Source of the DNA: an uncultured Fidelibacterota bacterium
Lineage (GTDB): Bacteria > Fidelibacterota > Marinisomatia > Marinisomatales > Marinisomataceae
NCBI GenBank assembly: GCA_902629855.1
Contig: CACOSI010000001.1
Location: forward strand, 27,154-91,153
Direction of reading: 5' to 3'
DNA: 64,000 nucleotides
In this document: in pieces, positions 38,409-48,409 of the stretch
Position numbering within the stretch: position 1 is the first letter of the stretch
Layout: each line of letters begins with the position of its first letter
Made by a program: the position numbers and the translations under genes
The notes under the pieces: model-generated
The model's input: only the letters and a program-made list of their open reading frames with translations
The model's database searches: none
Told to the model about the DNA's origin: nothing

Positions 38409-38821
38409 TGAAATTTAGAAGAAAGTCTGCAATAGAATCAAAAATATCAACATCCTCCATGCCTGATATCATTTTTATGCTATTGATATTTTTTATGGTA
38501 ACCACTGTATTAAGAGAATTTTCCGGTCTACCTGTTTCTTTGCCGAAAGCAGAGAGAATTGAAAAGCTAGAATCTAAAAGACACACTTCTGATATTTGGG
38601 TTTCCAAAGATGGCTTAATTTCGATTGAAGATAAACTATACAACAATCAAGATGTGAGACATGTTATGTATGAAAAAAGAGCCTCTAATCCACAGCTAAC
38701 CGTTTCTCTAAAAGCAGACCAGGCAGCAAGAATGGAAACAATTTCTGATATACATAACGAATTAAGAAAAGCTGATGCTTTAAAATTAAACTACTCAACC
38801 AAAGTTAAGGTGCCTAATTAA
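38408..38821 (+). CDS. exbD: ExbD/TolR biopolymer transport protein (second copy)
   Basis: 137 aa. Has MPDIIFMLLIFFMVTT. 1-nt overlap with the upstream gene. Confidence 0.75.
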   Translation: MKFRRKSAIESKISTSSMPDIIFMLLIFFMVTTVLREFSGLPVSLPKAERIEKLESKRHTSDIWVSKDGLISIEDKLYNNQDVRHVMYEKRASNPQLTVSLKADQAARMETISDIHNELRKADALKLNYSTKVKVPN

Positions 38822-39513
38822 TGGATGATTTGAAAAAGCTTTTATCCAATTTCAAGCCGTTTTCTATAATGGTTGATTTTTTCTTAAAAAGGGCTAAGCT
38901 ACTTGATAACACCTTAAAAGAAAAATATTCCACGGTCTTGAGAGTGGGTCTTTTGTTTGCCTCTTTTTTAATGCTTCTTGGCTTCTACAGTATTCAAAGG
39001 TTTGAAAATGATATAGAAATTGAAACAGAAAGCCAAATAATAATTGAAAATATTGAGATTCCAGAAACTCAACAATTCGAAACTCCACCTCCACCTGCTA
39101 GACCATCAGTTCCCGTAGAGTCTGAAGATGACGATTTAGCTGATGATTTAACAATTGAGGAAACAGATCTGGATAGTTTTGATGCATGGGATGCTCCACC
39201 CCCACCACCTTCTGGACCACAGGTTAAGTTTATTCCTTATGATGATCCACCAAGGCCGCTTTTTCCAATAAAGCCGGTTTATCCCGATATTGCACAAGAA
39301 GCAGGGATTGAAGGACAGGTTCTTGTTCAGTGCTTCATTGACAAAACTGGTAGGGTAAAAGAAACCATCGTATTAAAAGGAATTCCTAATACTGGCTTGA
39401 ATGAAGCTGCGGTTGACGCCTTAAGAAAAACAAGATTTAGACCTGCAAAACAAAGAGAAACAAAAGTTGGTGTTTGGATTACTATACCAATTAACTTTAA
39501 GCTTCAGAATTAG
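38821..39513 (+). CDS. tonB: Energy transducer TonB
   Basis: 230 aa. Has an N-terminal TM anchor, a Pro-rich spacer (TPPPPARPSVP...APPPPPSGP), and a C-terminal TonB domain (P.YP..A...GIEG.V.V...I...G.V). Confidence 0.75.
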   Translation: MDDLKKLLSNFKPFSIMVDFFLKRAKLLDNTLKEKYSTVLRVGLLFASFLMLLGFYSIQRFENDIEIETESQIIIENIEIPETQQFETPPPPARPSVPVESEDDDLADDLTIEETDLDSFDAWDAPPPPPSGPQVKFIPYDDPPRPLFPIKPVYPDIAQEAGIEGQVLVQCFIDKTGRVKETIVLKGIPNTGLNEAAVDALRKTRFRPAKQRETKVGVWITIPINFKLQN

Positions 39514-39524
39514 AAGCATTTTGT

Positions 39525-40136
39525 TTAGCTAATTATATATTTTTCAAAATCATTACTATCTGAAAATCCAATTTCAACAACATCATTCTTTTTCAGCGCA
39601 CCCACGCCCGAAGGAGTTCCTGTAAAAATTAAATCGTTTTTTTGAAGATTAATAAAGCTTGATAGATATACAATTAGCCTTTCAATACTGAAAATCATGT
39701 TGCTGGTTTTGCCGCTCTGTTTTATTTCTCCATTAGTTTTTAAATAAAATTCATCTCCAAGTTTTCTCTTAACATTTTTTGATACCACAGCAGACCCATT
39801 AAATGATTTTGACAAAAACCACGGAGTCGATTCTTTTTTAAGCTGGTTTTGGAGTTTTCGATCCGTTATATCTATTCCTAGCGTGTAGCCTCCGATGAAG
39901 CTTTTTGCTTGTTTTTCGTTTTTTGCTACACCATTTTTCTTAATTAAAACCACAACTTCTAGTTCGTGTTCTACTTCTCTGTTTTTTGGAATAACTATCT
40001 TGTTTGATGTATTCAAACATAAGAGGGGTTTATAAAAAAATATTGGTTTTGTGGGCTTTTTACTTTTCAACTCTTTTATGTGCCCAACATAGTTTCTCCC
40101 AACACAATAAATATTCTTTGTTCCAGAAAAGATCAT
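39525..40136 (-). CDS. Fumarylacetoacetate hydrolase (FAH) family protein
   Basis: 203 aa. Has CVGRNY..H..E, ELEVVV and FTGTP.GVG, typical of small FAH-family hydrolases/isomerases. Confidence 0.75.
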   Translation of the reverse strand: MIFSGTKNIYCVGRNYVGHIKELKSKKPTKPIFFYKPLLCLNTSNKIVIPKNREVEHELEVVVLIKKNGVAKNEKQAKSFIGGYTLGIDITDRKLQNQLKKESTPWFLSKSFNGSAVVSKNVKRKLGDEFYLKTNGEIKQSGKTSNMIFSIERLIVYLSSFINLQKNDLIFTGTPSGVGALKKNDVVEIGFSDSNDFEKYIIS

Positions 40137-40897
40137 TATTTGTTTCTTTTTAAGAGTCCCATTAAACTACTTTTTATAAAGTCTTGATTAAGTCTAGAAA
40201 TATTTTCCTGAGAAATTTCCTTTGGACACTCTGCGGAACATGCTCCGGTGTTTGTGCATGAGCCAAAACCCATTTCATCCATAGTTGCAACCATGTTGAT
40301 AACTCTTGCATCTTTATCTTTTGCTCCCTGTGGAAGTAGTGAGAGGTGTGAAACTTTTGCCGAGGTAAACAGCATTGCTGATGAATTTTTACAAGCTGCA
40401 ACACAAGCACCACAGCCAATACACGCTGAAGATAAAAAGGCTTCGTCAGCGTATTTTTTTTCTATCTTTGTTTCGTTTGCCTCTGGCACCTCTCCTGTGT
40501 TTGCAGATATGTATCCTCCCGAAGAAATAATTTTGTCAAAAACTTGTCTGTCAACTGAAAGATCTTTTATCACTGGAAAAGCTTCTGCCCTAAAGGGCTC
40601 CAATAAAATTGTGTCTTCATTTTTAAAAGACCTCATGTGTAGTTGACAAACAGTTGTTGCCTTTTGCGGGCCATGAGGTCTTCCGTTTATCATAAAACCA
40701 CAAGAACCACAAATTCCTTCTCTACAATCATGATCAAAGGCAACAGGATCTCTTTTTTCTTTAACGAGGTTGATGTTTAATATGTCTAACATTTCCAGAA
40801 AAGAGATGTTCGGGTCTACGTTTTCTAGTCTATAGTTATGTAGTTTGCCCTCTTCTTTAACACCTTTTTGCCTCCAGATTTTTAAATTGATATTCAT
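40136..40897 (-). CDS. sdhB: Succinate dehydrogenase/fumarate reductase iron-sulfur subunit
   Basis: 253 aa. Has the [2Fe-2S] Cys pattern (CREGICGSCG...C) and two ferredoxin-type clusters (CIGCGAC..AC; C...G.C...CP). Confidence 0.9.
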   Translation of the reverse strand: MNINLKIWRQKGVKEEGKLHNYRLENVDPNISFLEMLDILNINLVKEKRDPVAFDHDCREGICGSCGFMINGRPHGPQKATTVCQLHMRSFKNEDTILLEPFRAEAFPVIKDLSVDRQVFDKIISSGGYISANTGEVPEANETKIEKKYADEAFLSSACIGCGACVAACKNSSAMLFTSAKVSHLSLLPQGAKDKDARVINMVATMDEMGFGSCTNTGACSAECPKEISQENISRLNQDFIKSSLMGLLKRNK

Positions 40898-42819
40898 TAT
40901 TTATAGCTTCGGGTTTTTAGTTTTACATTTTCGTATTTTAGGTCTTCTTTAAAAAGTTTTGGTTGACCACTTTTACTATATTCCCATGCTGCAACATACT
41001 TGTAGTCTTTGTCGTTTCTTTCAGCTTCATTTTCTTCTGTTTGATATTCTTCCCTAAAGTGTGCACCGCACGACTCTTCTCTATCTAAAGCATCAAATGC
41101 CATTAGTTCAGCAAGCTCAATAAAGTCTTTAATTCTAAGCGCTTTTTCTAGTTCTTGGTTTATGTCTTTATCGCTTCCCGGTATTGATATTTCTTTCCAA
41201 AACTTTTCTTTTATCTTTGGTATTTTTTTTAGGGCTTCTTTTAGCCCTGCTTCATTTCTTGCCATTCCAACATTGTCCCATACCACCTTACCCAGCTCTC
41301 TGTGCACCTCATCTACTGCATACTCCCCATCTATAGACATGAGTTCATCTATTTCTCTTTTTGTGTGCTCTATTGCTTCCAAAAATTCTTTTTCGTCAGA
41401 TATGTCTTTTCCAAGCGGTTTTTCCTCTGCAAGATAGTGCATAGCAGTGTGCGGTATTACAAAATATCCATCTGCTAAACCCTGCATAAGAGCGCTTGCT
41501 CCCAGCCTATTTGCCCCATGATCTGAAAAGTTGCTTTCTCCAATTGAAAAAAGGCCTTCAACGGTTGTCATTAAGTTATAATCAACCCAAAGCCCTCCCA
41601 TGGTGTAATGAACTGCTGGATATATTTTCATCGGGGTTTTATATGGGTTTTCATCTGTAATGTTTTGATACATATCGAAAAGATTACCATATTTCTCTCT
41701 TATAAAATCTTCACCCTTTTCTTTAATCGCTCTTTTGAAATCTAAGTAAACTGCAAATCCTGTTGGCCCTATTCCTCTTCCTTCGTCACAAACCTCTTTA
41801 GCGCGTCTGCTTGCAACATCTCTTGGAACCAAATTTCCAAATGCAGGATAAATCCTTTCTAAATAATAGTCTCTTTCATTTTCAGGAATGTCAACTGGCT
41901 TTCTGGTGTCATTTTTCTTTTTTGGCACCCAGACTCTTCCATCATTTCGTAAGCTCTCACTCATCAATGTAAGTTTTGATTGAAACTCGTTCTTTACTGG
42001 TATACAGGTAGGGTGGATTTGAGTAAAGCTTGGGTTTGCAAAAAGGGCTCCTTTTCTATGCGCCCTCCAGTTTGCTGTTACGTTACTAGCCATTGCGTTG
42101 GTTGAAAGGTAATATACGTTTGAATACCCCCCCGTAGCGAGAATAACAATGTCCGCGCTGTGTGCTTTAATTTCACCGTTTAACAAGTTTCTGGTTATAA
42201 TTCCTTTTGCTTTACCGTCTTTTAAGACGACATCAAGCATGTCGTGTCTAGGATAAAACTTCACTTTATTTTTTTCTGTCTGCCGGCTTAGAGCAGAATA
42301 GGCTCCAAGCAATAACTGTTGTCCCGTTTGCCCTCTTGCGTAAAATGTTCTAGAAACCTGAACTCCACCAAACGACCTATTGTCAAGCAAGCCGCCATAC
42401 TCTCTGGCAAATGGAACCCCTTGTGCTACACACTGATCTATAATGTTTTTACTAATTTCAGCAAGCCTATAAACATTATCTTCTCTTGATCTAAAGTCTC
42501 CCCCCTTTATGGTATCATAAAAAAGCCTCATAACGCTATCACCATCATTTTTATAATTTTTTGCTGCATTAATTCCGCCTTGCGCCGCTATACTGTGCGC
42601 TCTTCTGGGTGATTCGTGAAAAGAAAAAGCATGGACATTGAACCCGTGCTCAGCCATGGTGGCAGCTGCTGAGGCACCAGCTAATCCTGTTCCAATAATT
42701 ATTACCTTATATTGGTCTGCTTCGTCGAATGATAGTGTTTTCAGAGATTTTTTATATTCTTCCCACTTTGTATAAAGATCTCCGTTTGGTGCTTTTGAAA
42801 ATAGGTTTTTGTTACTCAT
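40897..42819 (-). CDS. sdhA: Succinate dehydrogenase/fumarate reductase flavoprotein subunit
   Basis: 640 aa. Has the FAD-binding [12 protein letters not shown], the covalent-FAD His region ([14 protein letters not shown]), HPT and HYTMGG motifs. Confidence 0.9.
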   Translation of the reverse strand: MSNKNLFSKAPNGDLYTKWEEYKKSLKTLSFDEADQYKVIIIGTGLAGASAAATMAEHGFNVHAFSFHESPRRAHSIAAQGGINAAKNYKNDGDSVMRLFYDTIKGGDFRSREDNVYRLAEISKNIIDQCVAQGVPFAREYGGLLDNRSFGGVQVSRTFYARGQTGQQLLLGAYSALSRQTEKNKVKFYPRHDMLDVVLKDGKAKGIITRNLLNGEIKAHSADIVILATGGYSNVYYLSTNAMASNVTANWRAHRKGALFANPSFTQIHPTCIPVKNEFQSKLTLMSESLRNDGRVWVPKKKNDTRKPVDIPENERDYYLERIYPAFGNLVPRDVASRRAKEVCDEGRGIGPTGFAVYLDFKRAIKEKGEDFIREKYGNLFDMYQNITDENPYKTPMKIYPAVHYTMGGLWVDYNLMTTVEGLFSIGESNFSDHGANRLGASALMQGLADGYFVIPHTAMHYLAEEKPLGKDISDEKEFLEAIEHTKREIDELMSIDGEYAVDEVHRELGKVVWDNVGMARNEAGLKEALKKIPKIKEKFWKEISIPGSDKDINQELEKALRIKDFIELAELMAFDALDREESCGAHFREEYQTEENEAERNDKDYKYVAAWEYSKSGQPKLFKEDLKYENVKLKTRSYK

Positions 42820-42820
42820 T

Positions 42821-43513
42821 CTAAATTATCCTCACAATAAAACCAAACCAAACCGGTATTGAAATAAACCCAAGTGGTATCCAAAACCAAAAGATTGAAG
42901 AAACATTATTATAAACCCTTTCATATTTTGTACCAACAATACCAAGAGTTTGCCCCGCAGATGCTATTCCATGTTTCAGGTGGTATCCAAGCAGCGCTAT
43001 GGCAACTATATAAAAAAAACTGACAAACGGGCTTCCAAAGCCCACCGAACTTTCTGTAACAACGTAGTAATAGCTCATACCTTGTAGATCAAAATTAAAC
43101 TTATACCAAAAAGTCGACCAGTGTGTTGCTAAGAAAATAAAAACTATGCTTCCAGTAAAAGCAGCAGTTCTTGCAGAGGATGATGTGTTCTCTTTACTAT
43201 AAGACGCAACAACCTTTTTAGCTTTCCTATTTTTTATCCATAGCAGTATACCGCTATATGCGTGACTCATAACAAACAAAACGAGAAAAAATTCAGCAAT
43301 TCTTATCAAAAACCCGAGCTTATGTAGCTTATTAACATAGCTGTTAAAGGCTGCTTCACCAACAAAAAGGAACAGGTTGCCAAAAAGATGAAATGCCATA
43401 AACAAAGACAGCGATAGTCCTGTTATAGCCATCAAAACCTTTCTGCCAACTGACGAGGTAAGTATTTTTAACAATTCTTGCATTTTATAGGTGATGTTAA
43501 TTTTAAAACGCAA
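42821..43513 (-). CDS. sdhC: Succinate dehydrogenase cytochrome b subunit (b558 family)
   Basis: 230 aa. Has 5 predicted TM helices with conserved His residues, lies upstream of sdhA/B, and forms a three-gene type-B arrangement. The start may instead be the internal ATG at 43483 (MQELLKIL...). Confidence 0.7.
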   Translation of the reverse strand: MRFKINITYKMQELLKILTSSVGRKVLMAITGLSLSLFMAFHLFGNLFLFVGEAAFNSYVNKLHKLGFLIRIAEFFLVLFVMSHAYSGILLWIKNRKAKKVVASYSKENTSSSARTAAFTGSIVFIFLATHWSTFWYKFNFDLQGMSYYYVVTESSVGFGSPFVSFFYIVAIALLGYHLKHGIASAGQTLGIVGTKYERVYNNVSSIFWFWIPLGFISIPVWFGFIVRII

Positions 43514-43544
43514 TTACATAAATATAAAGACAATTTGGCTGTGT

Positions 43545-43853
43545 CTATCTATTTGAAAACCACCAAACCACGCTCATAGAAATAAGTATACCTACTACTT
43601 CCCTACTGTTTTCAGCAAGCCCTGCCATTGTATCAGAAAACGTATCAAGTGGGTTCAAAAACCCTAGCACGTTTAAGCAAAGTAAAGCAAACAAAGAAAA
43701 ATAAAACGATAAAAGTGTGGTTTTGCTTTTTGTTTTTGAAAAAATTAAGTAGGCTGCTATAAAATACATTGTTGTCCATATGTACCAATCGGGATCATTA
43801 ATATTTAGGACACCAAAAAGAAGGAAGGTGGTTGTTGCTATTTTACTAGCCAC
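43545..43853 (-). CDS. Small membrane protein, TMEM220-like
   Basis: 102 aa with 3-4 TM helices. The motif LNINDPDWYIW matches the Q/N-NDPD-P/W motif I recall for bacterial 'transmembrane 220 family' proteins. Overlaps the upstream gene by 16 nt. Confidence 0.45.
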   Translation of the reverse strand: MASKIATTTFLLFGVLNINDPDWYIWTTMYFIAAYLIFSKTKSKTTLLSFYFSLFALLCLNVLGFLNPLDTFSDTMAGLAENSREVVGILISMSVVWWFSNR

Positions 43854-44539
43854 TCAAAAAGAGCTTTCGTTTCCTTGTTTTCGATTGAAACCTCTGGGTG
43901 CCACTGTACTCCAATAAAATTTTTATTACCTGGTATTTCTATTGCCTCAATTATACCGTCAGGTGCAAAAGCGGATGCCATAAGGTTGTTCCCAAGCTTT
44001 TTAGCTGACTGGTGGTGGGAGCTTTTTACCAGCATTTCATCTTTTCCCACGACCTCAAAAAGGTTCGTCTCTTTTATTATCCTTACCTTGTGGGAGCTTG
44101 GCTCTCCATTGAAATCTCCGTGATCAATTGCGCCCTCTACAAGGGTGGATATGTCTTCAATAAGGGTGCCACCATATATTACATTGACCTGTTGAAGCCC
44201 AGCACAAATAGATAAAACTTTTTTCTCCTGTATCATTGCCTCTTTAAAAACTGCTCTATCAAAAGCCTCTCTGTCATTGCTCATAACGTCTTCATCAAGC
44301 AGCTCCGGCTTTTGAGAGTTATAAATATGCGCTGGAACGTCTGGGCCACCTACCATCAGAAATGAGTCTAGGTGTTTTACGAGGTCTGATATCTCTTCGG
44401 GTTTTGTTGTATGACACAAAGACACGGGACAGCCCCCGTACCTCCAAACAGACTTATAATATTGCTCTTTAACAGCACACCAAACACTATTTTTCATCTC
44501 TACATCGTATGGATGAATTCCAACCAGCTTCCTTTTCAT
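43838..44539 (-). CDS. Class I glutamine amidotransferase / gamma-glutamyl hydrolase (peptidase C26, PuuD-like)
   Basis: 233 aa. Has the nucleophile elbow SICAGLQ and HH...WHPE (QWHPEVS) of the Cys-His-Glu triad. Confidence 0.75.
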   Translation of the reverse strand: MKRKLVGIHPYDVEMKNSVWCAVKEQYYKSVWRYGGCPVSLCHTTKPEEISDLVKHLDSFLMVGGPDVPAHIYNSQKPELLDEDVMSNDREAFDRAVFKEAMIQEKKVLSICAGLQQVNVIYGGTLIEDISTLVEGAIDHGDFNGEPSSHKVRIIKETNLFEVVGKDEMLVKSSHHQSAKKLGNNLMASAFAPDGIIEAIEIPGNKNFIGVQWHPEVSIENKETKALFEWLVK

Positions 44540-44541
44540 TT

Positions 44542-45663
44542 TTAAAAAGAAAACTCTTTTAGCTTTGGTACTGATTTAAGAAGGTTCTCAAGCGAATCTT
44601 CATATTTCTTTTTATTATATATTACAACCCATTTTCCTGAAGGATTTCCGTTGGTAAAAAAACCATTAATAGTCGGGTTTTGTCTAGGAGCAACATAGCT
44701 CCACTCTCCATTTTTCAGGTTGTTCTTGTATGTTCCCTTACCAAAAAAACGTGATCCAAAATCTATATCCTGTCCCTCTGTCCACTCTCCTTCTTTTTGG
44801 TCATTAATATAAGTGCCTTCTGCTACCCTTCTTCCATTTTTTGCATACAAAGACCAAAGGCCTGTTTTTTTTCCAAACTGGTATGTGCCGCTTTGTTTTT
44901 TTTCTAAAGATCCTTCAGCGGAGGTATAATACTCTTCCCAGTCGCCAGTTTTAACCCCCTCCTTAAAAGAGCCTTTTCCTCTTATATCAGAAAATGGGGA
45001 AAGATTAAAAAACTTCCCTTCAAGGGTTCCTTCAATATAGTTTTCTTCCCAGCCTTTATCTTCACCGTCCTTGTACCATATCCACTTATCTACTTTTTTT
45101 CCTTCCCTGTATTCTCCCTCGCTAACAATAACTTCTTGTGCGTCCCAACTCTTCCAGAGGCCATTTCTTTTCCAGTTCTGGTAGTCTCCAGCTCTTACTA
45201 CAACCAAGGTGTTTGGGTCCCACTCTCTCCACCTTCCAGCGCCTTCTTCAAAAACTATTTCTCCTGTCTTTCTTAATCTGTTTTCAGCATCTCGGCTCCA
45301 TTTTGTCCAGGTTCCTATTGGGTTTCCGTTTTCATATTTTATATATTCAAGCCTTTTGTTGTTATCCATTGGTCCTGGAAAGACATAGGTGATTTGTTCC
45401 CCATCTGGTGTCCCTTTAATATAGTTGGCTTTTTTTCTTGTGCCATTCTTATAGTCAATCTCAAGCCATGGGCCATCTTTAATGCCTCTGCTGTATTCTC
45501 CAACCTTTTCTCCATATTTATCTAAAACCTGTCCAGAAAAAACTTTATTGCTTTCCTTGTCATAGGCCAACCCATCTTCTCCAACAACTATACCGTCTTC
45601 ATATATTTCACCAGAACATGAAATCAATATGGTTGTAATAAATAATATAAATGTTTTTTTCAT
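44542..45663 (-). CDS. MORN-variant repeat (YwqK-like) lipoprotein
   Basis: 373 aa. Has a lipobox (ILISCSG) followed by many G-x-W / G-E-W-x-x-Y repeats (DGPWLEIDY, GTWTKW, NGLWKSW, GDWEEYY, GLWSLY, GEWTEG, GEWSYV, GKWVVIY). Confidence 0.55.
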   Translation of the reverse strand: MKKTFILFITTILISCSGEIYEDGIVVGEDGLAYDKESNKVFSGQVLDKYGEKVGEYSRGIKDGPWLEIDYKNGTRKKANYIKGTPDGEQITYVFPGPMDNNKRLEYIKYENGNPIGTWTKWSRDAENRLRKTGEIVFEEGAGRWREWDPNTLVVVRAGDYQNWKRNGLWKSWDAQEVIVSEGEYREGKKVDKWIWYKDGEDKGWEENYIEGTLEGKFFNLSPFSDIRGKGSFKEGVKTGDWEEYYTSAEGSLEKKQSGTYQFGKKTGLWSLYAKNGRRVAEGTYINDQKEGEWTEGQDIDFGSRFFGKGTYKNNLKNGEWSYVAPRQNPTINGFFTNGNPSGKWVVIYNKKKYEDSLENLLKSVPKLKEFSF

Positions 45664-45730
45664 GTCTCCTCCTTAAATTAATTTTTGCATTTTTGTTTCA
45701 TAGGTTTAATTCTATCAAAATGTATTCATA

Positions 45731-48409
45731 ATGAACAATAAACAAAAAATATATTTTTTCTCGGAAAAAGACGTTGAGGGGAATAAAGACATGTTTTCTC
45801 TTCTTGGGGGCAAGGGTGCCAACATTGCTGAAATGTGCAGCCTTAAGCTTCCGGTACCTCCCGGCTTTACAATAACAACAGAAGAGTGTGTGTCTTATTT
45901 GAAAGAAAAAAAATTAAGCCCCGCATTAAAAAGGGATATTGAAAAAAATATCAAAAAAGTTGAGTCTGTTTCGGGTAAGCTTTTTGGTGGAGATGATCCG
46001 CTATTGCTTTCAGTTCGATCTGGCGCACCAGTATCGATGCCAGGAATGATGGAAACTGTTTTAAATATTGGCCTAACCCAAAAAACTATTCCTCTGTTAA
46101 TTAAAAAAACAAAGAATGAAAAATTTGTATATGACAGCTACAGAAGGTTTATCATGATGTATTCAGATGTAGTTATGGAAAAAGGACTAAGAAAGAATAA
46201 AACTGGCCAGCCTATTAGAGATCAAATGGAAAAATTGCTAGACCAGATGAAGAAAAAAAATGGTTACAAAAATGACTCCGCAGTTTCTTCGGAATCTTGG
46301 GAAGGTCTTGCTAAGCAGTATTTGGGTTTATATGAAAAAACCTTTAATGAACAGTTTCCAGAAGACCACACTGAACAATTGCTCGGTGCTGTTCGTGCTG
46401 TCTTTTCTAGTTGGAACGGAAAAAGAGCAAAAGAATACCGCGCCTTTGAAAAAATTCCTTCAAAGATGGGGACAGCTGTTAATGTCCAAGCAATGGTGTT
46501 TGGAAACATGGGCACAGGTTGCGGCACTGGGGTTGCCTTTACTAGAAATCCTTCTTCTGGAGACAAAAGCTTTTATGGAGAATGGCTTGAAAATGCTCAA
46601 GGAGAAGATGTTGTTGCAGGGGTAAGAACGCCACACCCCATTTTGAAAAAAGATGGATCTAAAAATTCTTTAGAACATGTCCTACCAAAAGCCTTTAAAG
46701 AACTTAACACCATCCGAACAAAGCTTGAGAAGCACTTTATGGATATGCAAGATATTGAGTTTACTGTCGAAAATAAAAAACTCTGGATGCTTCAAACAAG
46801 AAGAGGAAAAAGAACGGGAATGGCATCTATTAAAATTGTAACCGATATGGTGAAAGAAAAATTAATAACGAAAAAAGAGGCCCTGTCTAGAGTTCAGCCT
46901 GCTCAAATATATGAGAGCCTTTTAAAAAATATTAAACCTGACAGCCTTTTGGAAAACAGTTCGATTTCCTCAGGTCTTCCTGCTGGTCCTGGCGCATCAA
47001 GCGGAAGCGTTGTTTTTTCTGCTGAGAAAGCGGAGGCTCTTGGTAAAAAAGGAAGGAAAATAATCTTAATTAGAGAAGAAACGTCTCCTGAAGACATTCA
47101 TGGAATGCATTATTCAGAAGGTATTTTAACTTCTAGGGGAGGCTTAACAAGCCACGCCGCTTTGGTAGCAAGAGGCTGGGGAAAGAGTTGTGTCGTCGGC
47201 TGTCAAGATCTTTCAATTGATAAGAGGAGGCGCTCAGCCACCATCGGCACCCATAAAATTAAAGAGGGAGATAATATTACCCTTAATGGATCAACGGGTG
47301 AAATCTTTTTAGGCAAACTTCCCCTTTTTCAAAATTCAATGGAAAACTCTCAATCTCTTAGTCTTCTTTTGGGTTGGGCCGATGATGTTAGAAAGCTTAA
47401 AATAAGAACAAACGCAGACACCCCTGAGGACTGTGAAAAAGCTTTAGGTTTTGGAGCAGAGGGTATCGGTTTGTGCAGAACTGAACATATGTTCTTTGAT
47501 GAAAAACGTGTTCACGATTTCAGAAAAATGATCTTAGCCAACTCAACCAAAGAAAGGGTTGAACATCTTCAAAGGCTCTTACCGTATCAAACTAGAGACT
47601 TCTATAATATATTAAAAAAAATGGATGGCATGCCGGTTACTGTAAGGCTTTTAGACCCTCCCCTTCACGAGTTTATTAACATCCACAAAAAAGAGCTTGA
47701 AGTTTTAGCTCTTGATCTTGGTGTTTCAAAGTCTCTTGTTAAAGAAAGGGTTGAGGCTCTTAAAGAATCTAACCCTATGCTGGGCCATCGCGGTTGCAGG
47801 CTTGGGGTATCTTACCCAGAAATAACCTCAATGCAGTCAAAGGCCCTGCTAAGCGCCTGCTTCAAACTTAAAAAAGAAGGGTTTAGTCCAAGGTTGGAGA
47901 TTATGGTTCCCCTGGTTTCACATTTTAAAGAATTCTTAAACCAAAAAGATATAATTGAAGGTGTTTACAGCGAGCTTAAGACAAAAAATAAGGGGTCGGT
48001 TAATTTTAAAATTGGTACAATGATTGAGGTTCCTCGTGCTTGCCTTGTTTCTGATCAAATTTCAAAGTGTGCTGACTTTTTCAGTTTTGGTACAAACGAC
48101 CTTACTCAGACAACCTTTGGCTTTAGTAGAGATGATACTGGAACATTTTTCCCCTCTTATTTAGAAAATGAAATTTTAAAGGTTGATCCTTTTGAGCAAA
48201 TTGATGAAGATGGTGTGGGAAGGCTGATGGAGATAGCGGTAACAAATGCTAAAGCTGTTAAGAAAAATATTTCAATCGGTATTTGTGGAGAACACGGAGG
48301 AGAGCCAAAAAGCATTGCCTTTTGTAAGGCTCTTGGTCTTGACTATGTCAGCTGTTCTCCTTATCGTGTACCTATAGCGCGTTTAGCTGCTGCGCAGGCC
48401 GAATTATGA
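45731..48409 (+). CDS. ppdK: Pyruvate, phosphate dikinase
   Basis: 892 aa. Has an ATP-grasp N-terminus (GGKGANIAEM), the phospho-His domain (GGLTSHAALVARGWGK) and a PEP-utilising TIM barrel (FFSFGTNDLTQ; CGEHGG.P). Confidence 0.95.
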   Translation: MNNKQKIYFFSEKDVEGNKDMFSLLGGKGANIAEMCSLKLPVPPGFTITTEECVSYLKEKKLSPALKRDIEKNIKKVESVSGKLFGGDDPLLLSVRSGAPVSMPGMMETVLNIGLTQKTIPLLIKKTKNEKFVYDSYRRFIMMYSDVVMEKGLRKNKTGQPIRDQMEKLLDQMKKKNGYKNDSAVSSESWEGLAKQYLGLYEKTFNEQFPEDHTEQLLGAVRAVFSSWNGKRAKEYRAFEKIPSKMGTAVNVQAMVFGNMGTGCGTGVAFTRNPSSGDKSFYGEWLENAQGEDVVAGVRTPHPILKKDGSKNSLEHVLPKAFKELNTIRTKLEKHFMDMQDIEFTVENKKLWMLQTRRGKRTGMASIKIVTDMVKEKLITKKEALSRVQPAQIYESLLKNIKPDSLLENSSISSGLPAGPGASSGSVVFSAEKAEALGKKGRKIILIREETSPEDIHGMHYSEGILTSRGGLTSHAALVARGWGKSCVVGCQDLSIDKRRRSATIGTHKIKEGDNITLNGSTGEIFLGKLPLFQNSMENSQSLSLLLGWADDVRKLKIRTNADTPEDCEKALGFGAEGIGLCRTEHMFFDEKRVHDFRKMILANSTKERVEHLQRLLPYQTRDFYNILKKMDGMPVTVRLLDPPLHEFINIHKKELEVLALDLGVSKSLVKERVEALKESNPMLGHRGCRLGVSYPEITSMQSKALLSACFKLKKEGFSPRLEIMVPLVSHFKEFLNQKDIIEGVYSELKTKNKGSVNFKIGTMIEVPRACLVSDQISKCADFFSFGTNDLTQTTFGFSRDDTGTFFPSYLENEILKVDPFEQIDEDGVGRLMEIAVTNAKAVKKNISIGICGEHGGEPKSIAFCKALGLDYVSCSPYRVPIARLAAAQAEL

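Noticed and set aside
40248-40646. 132-aa plus-strand ORF and 81-aa minus-strand alternate-frame ORF inside sdhB
   Set aside because: They lie inside a conserved Fe-S subunit gene and are an artefact of the Cys/Ala/Gly-rich codon composition.
46260-46625. Region of ppdK open in three frames (121-aa same-strand +1-frame ORF and 100-aa antisense ORF)
   Set aside because: The ppdK frame is continuous and conserved throughout. The extra open frames fit the locally high GC (fewer stop codons), and there is no slippery site or start context suggesting overlapping genes.
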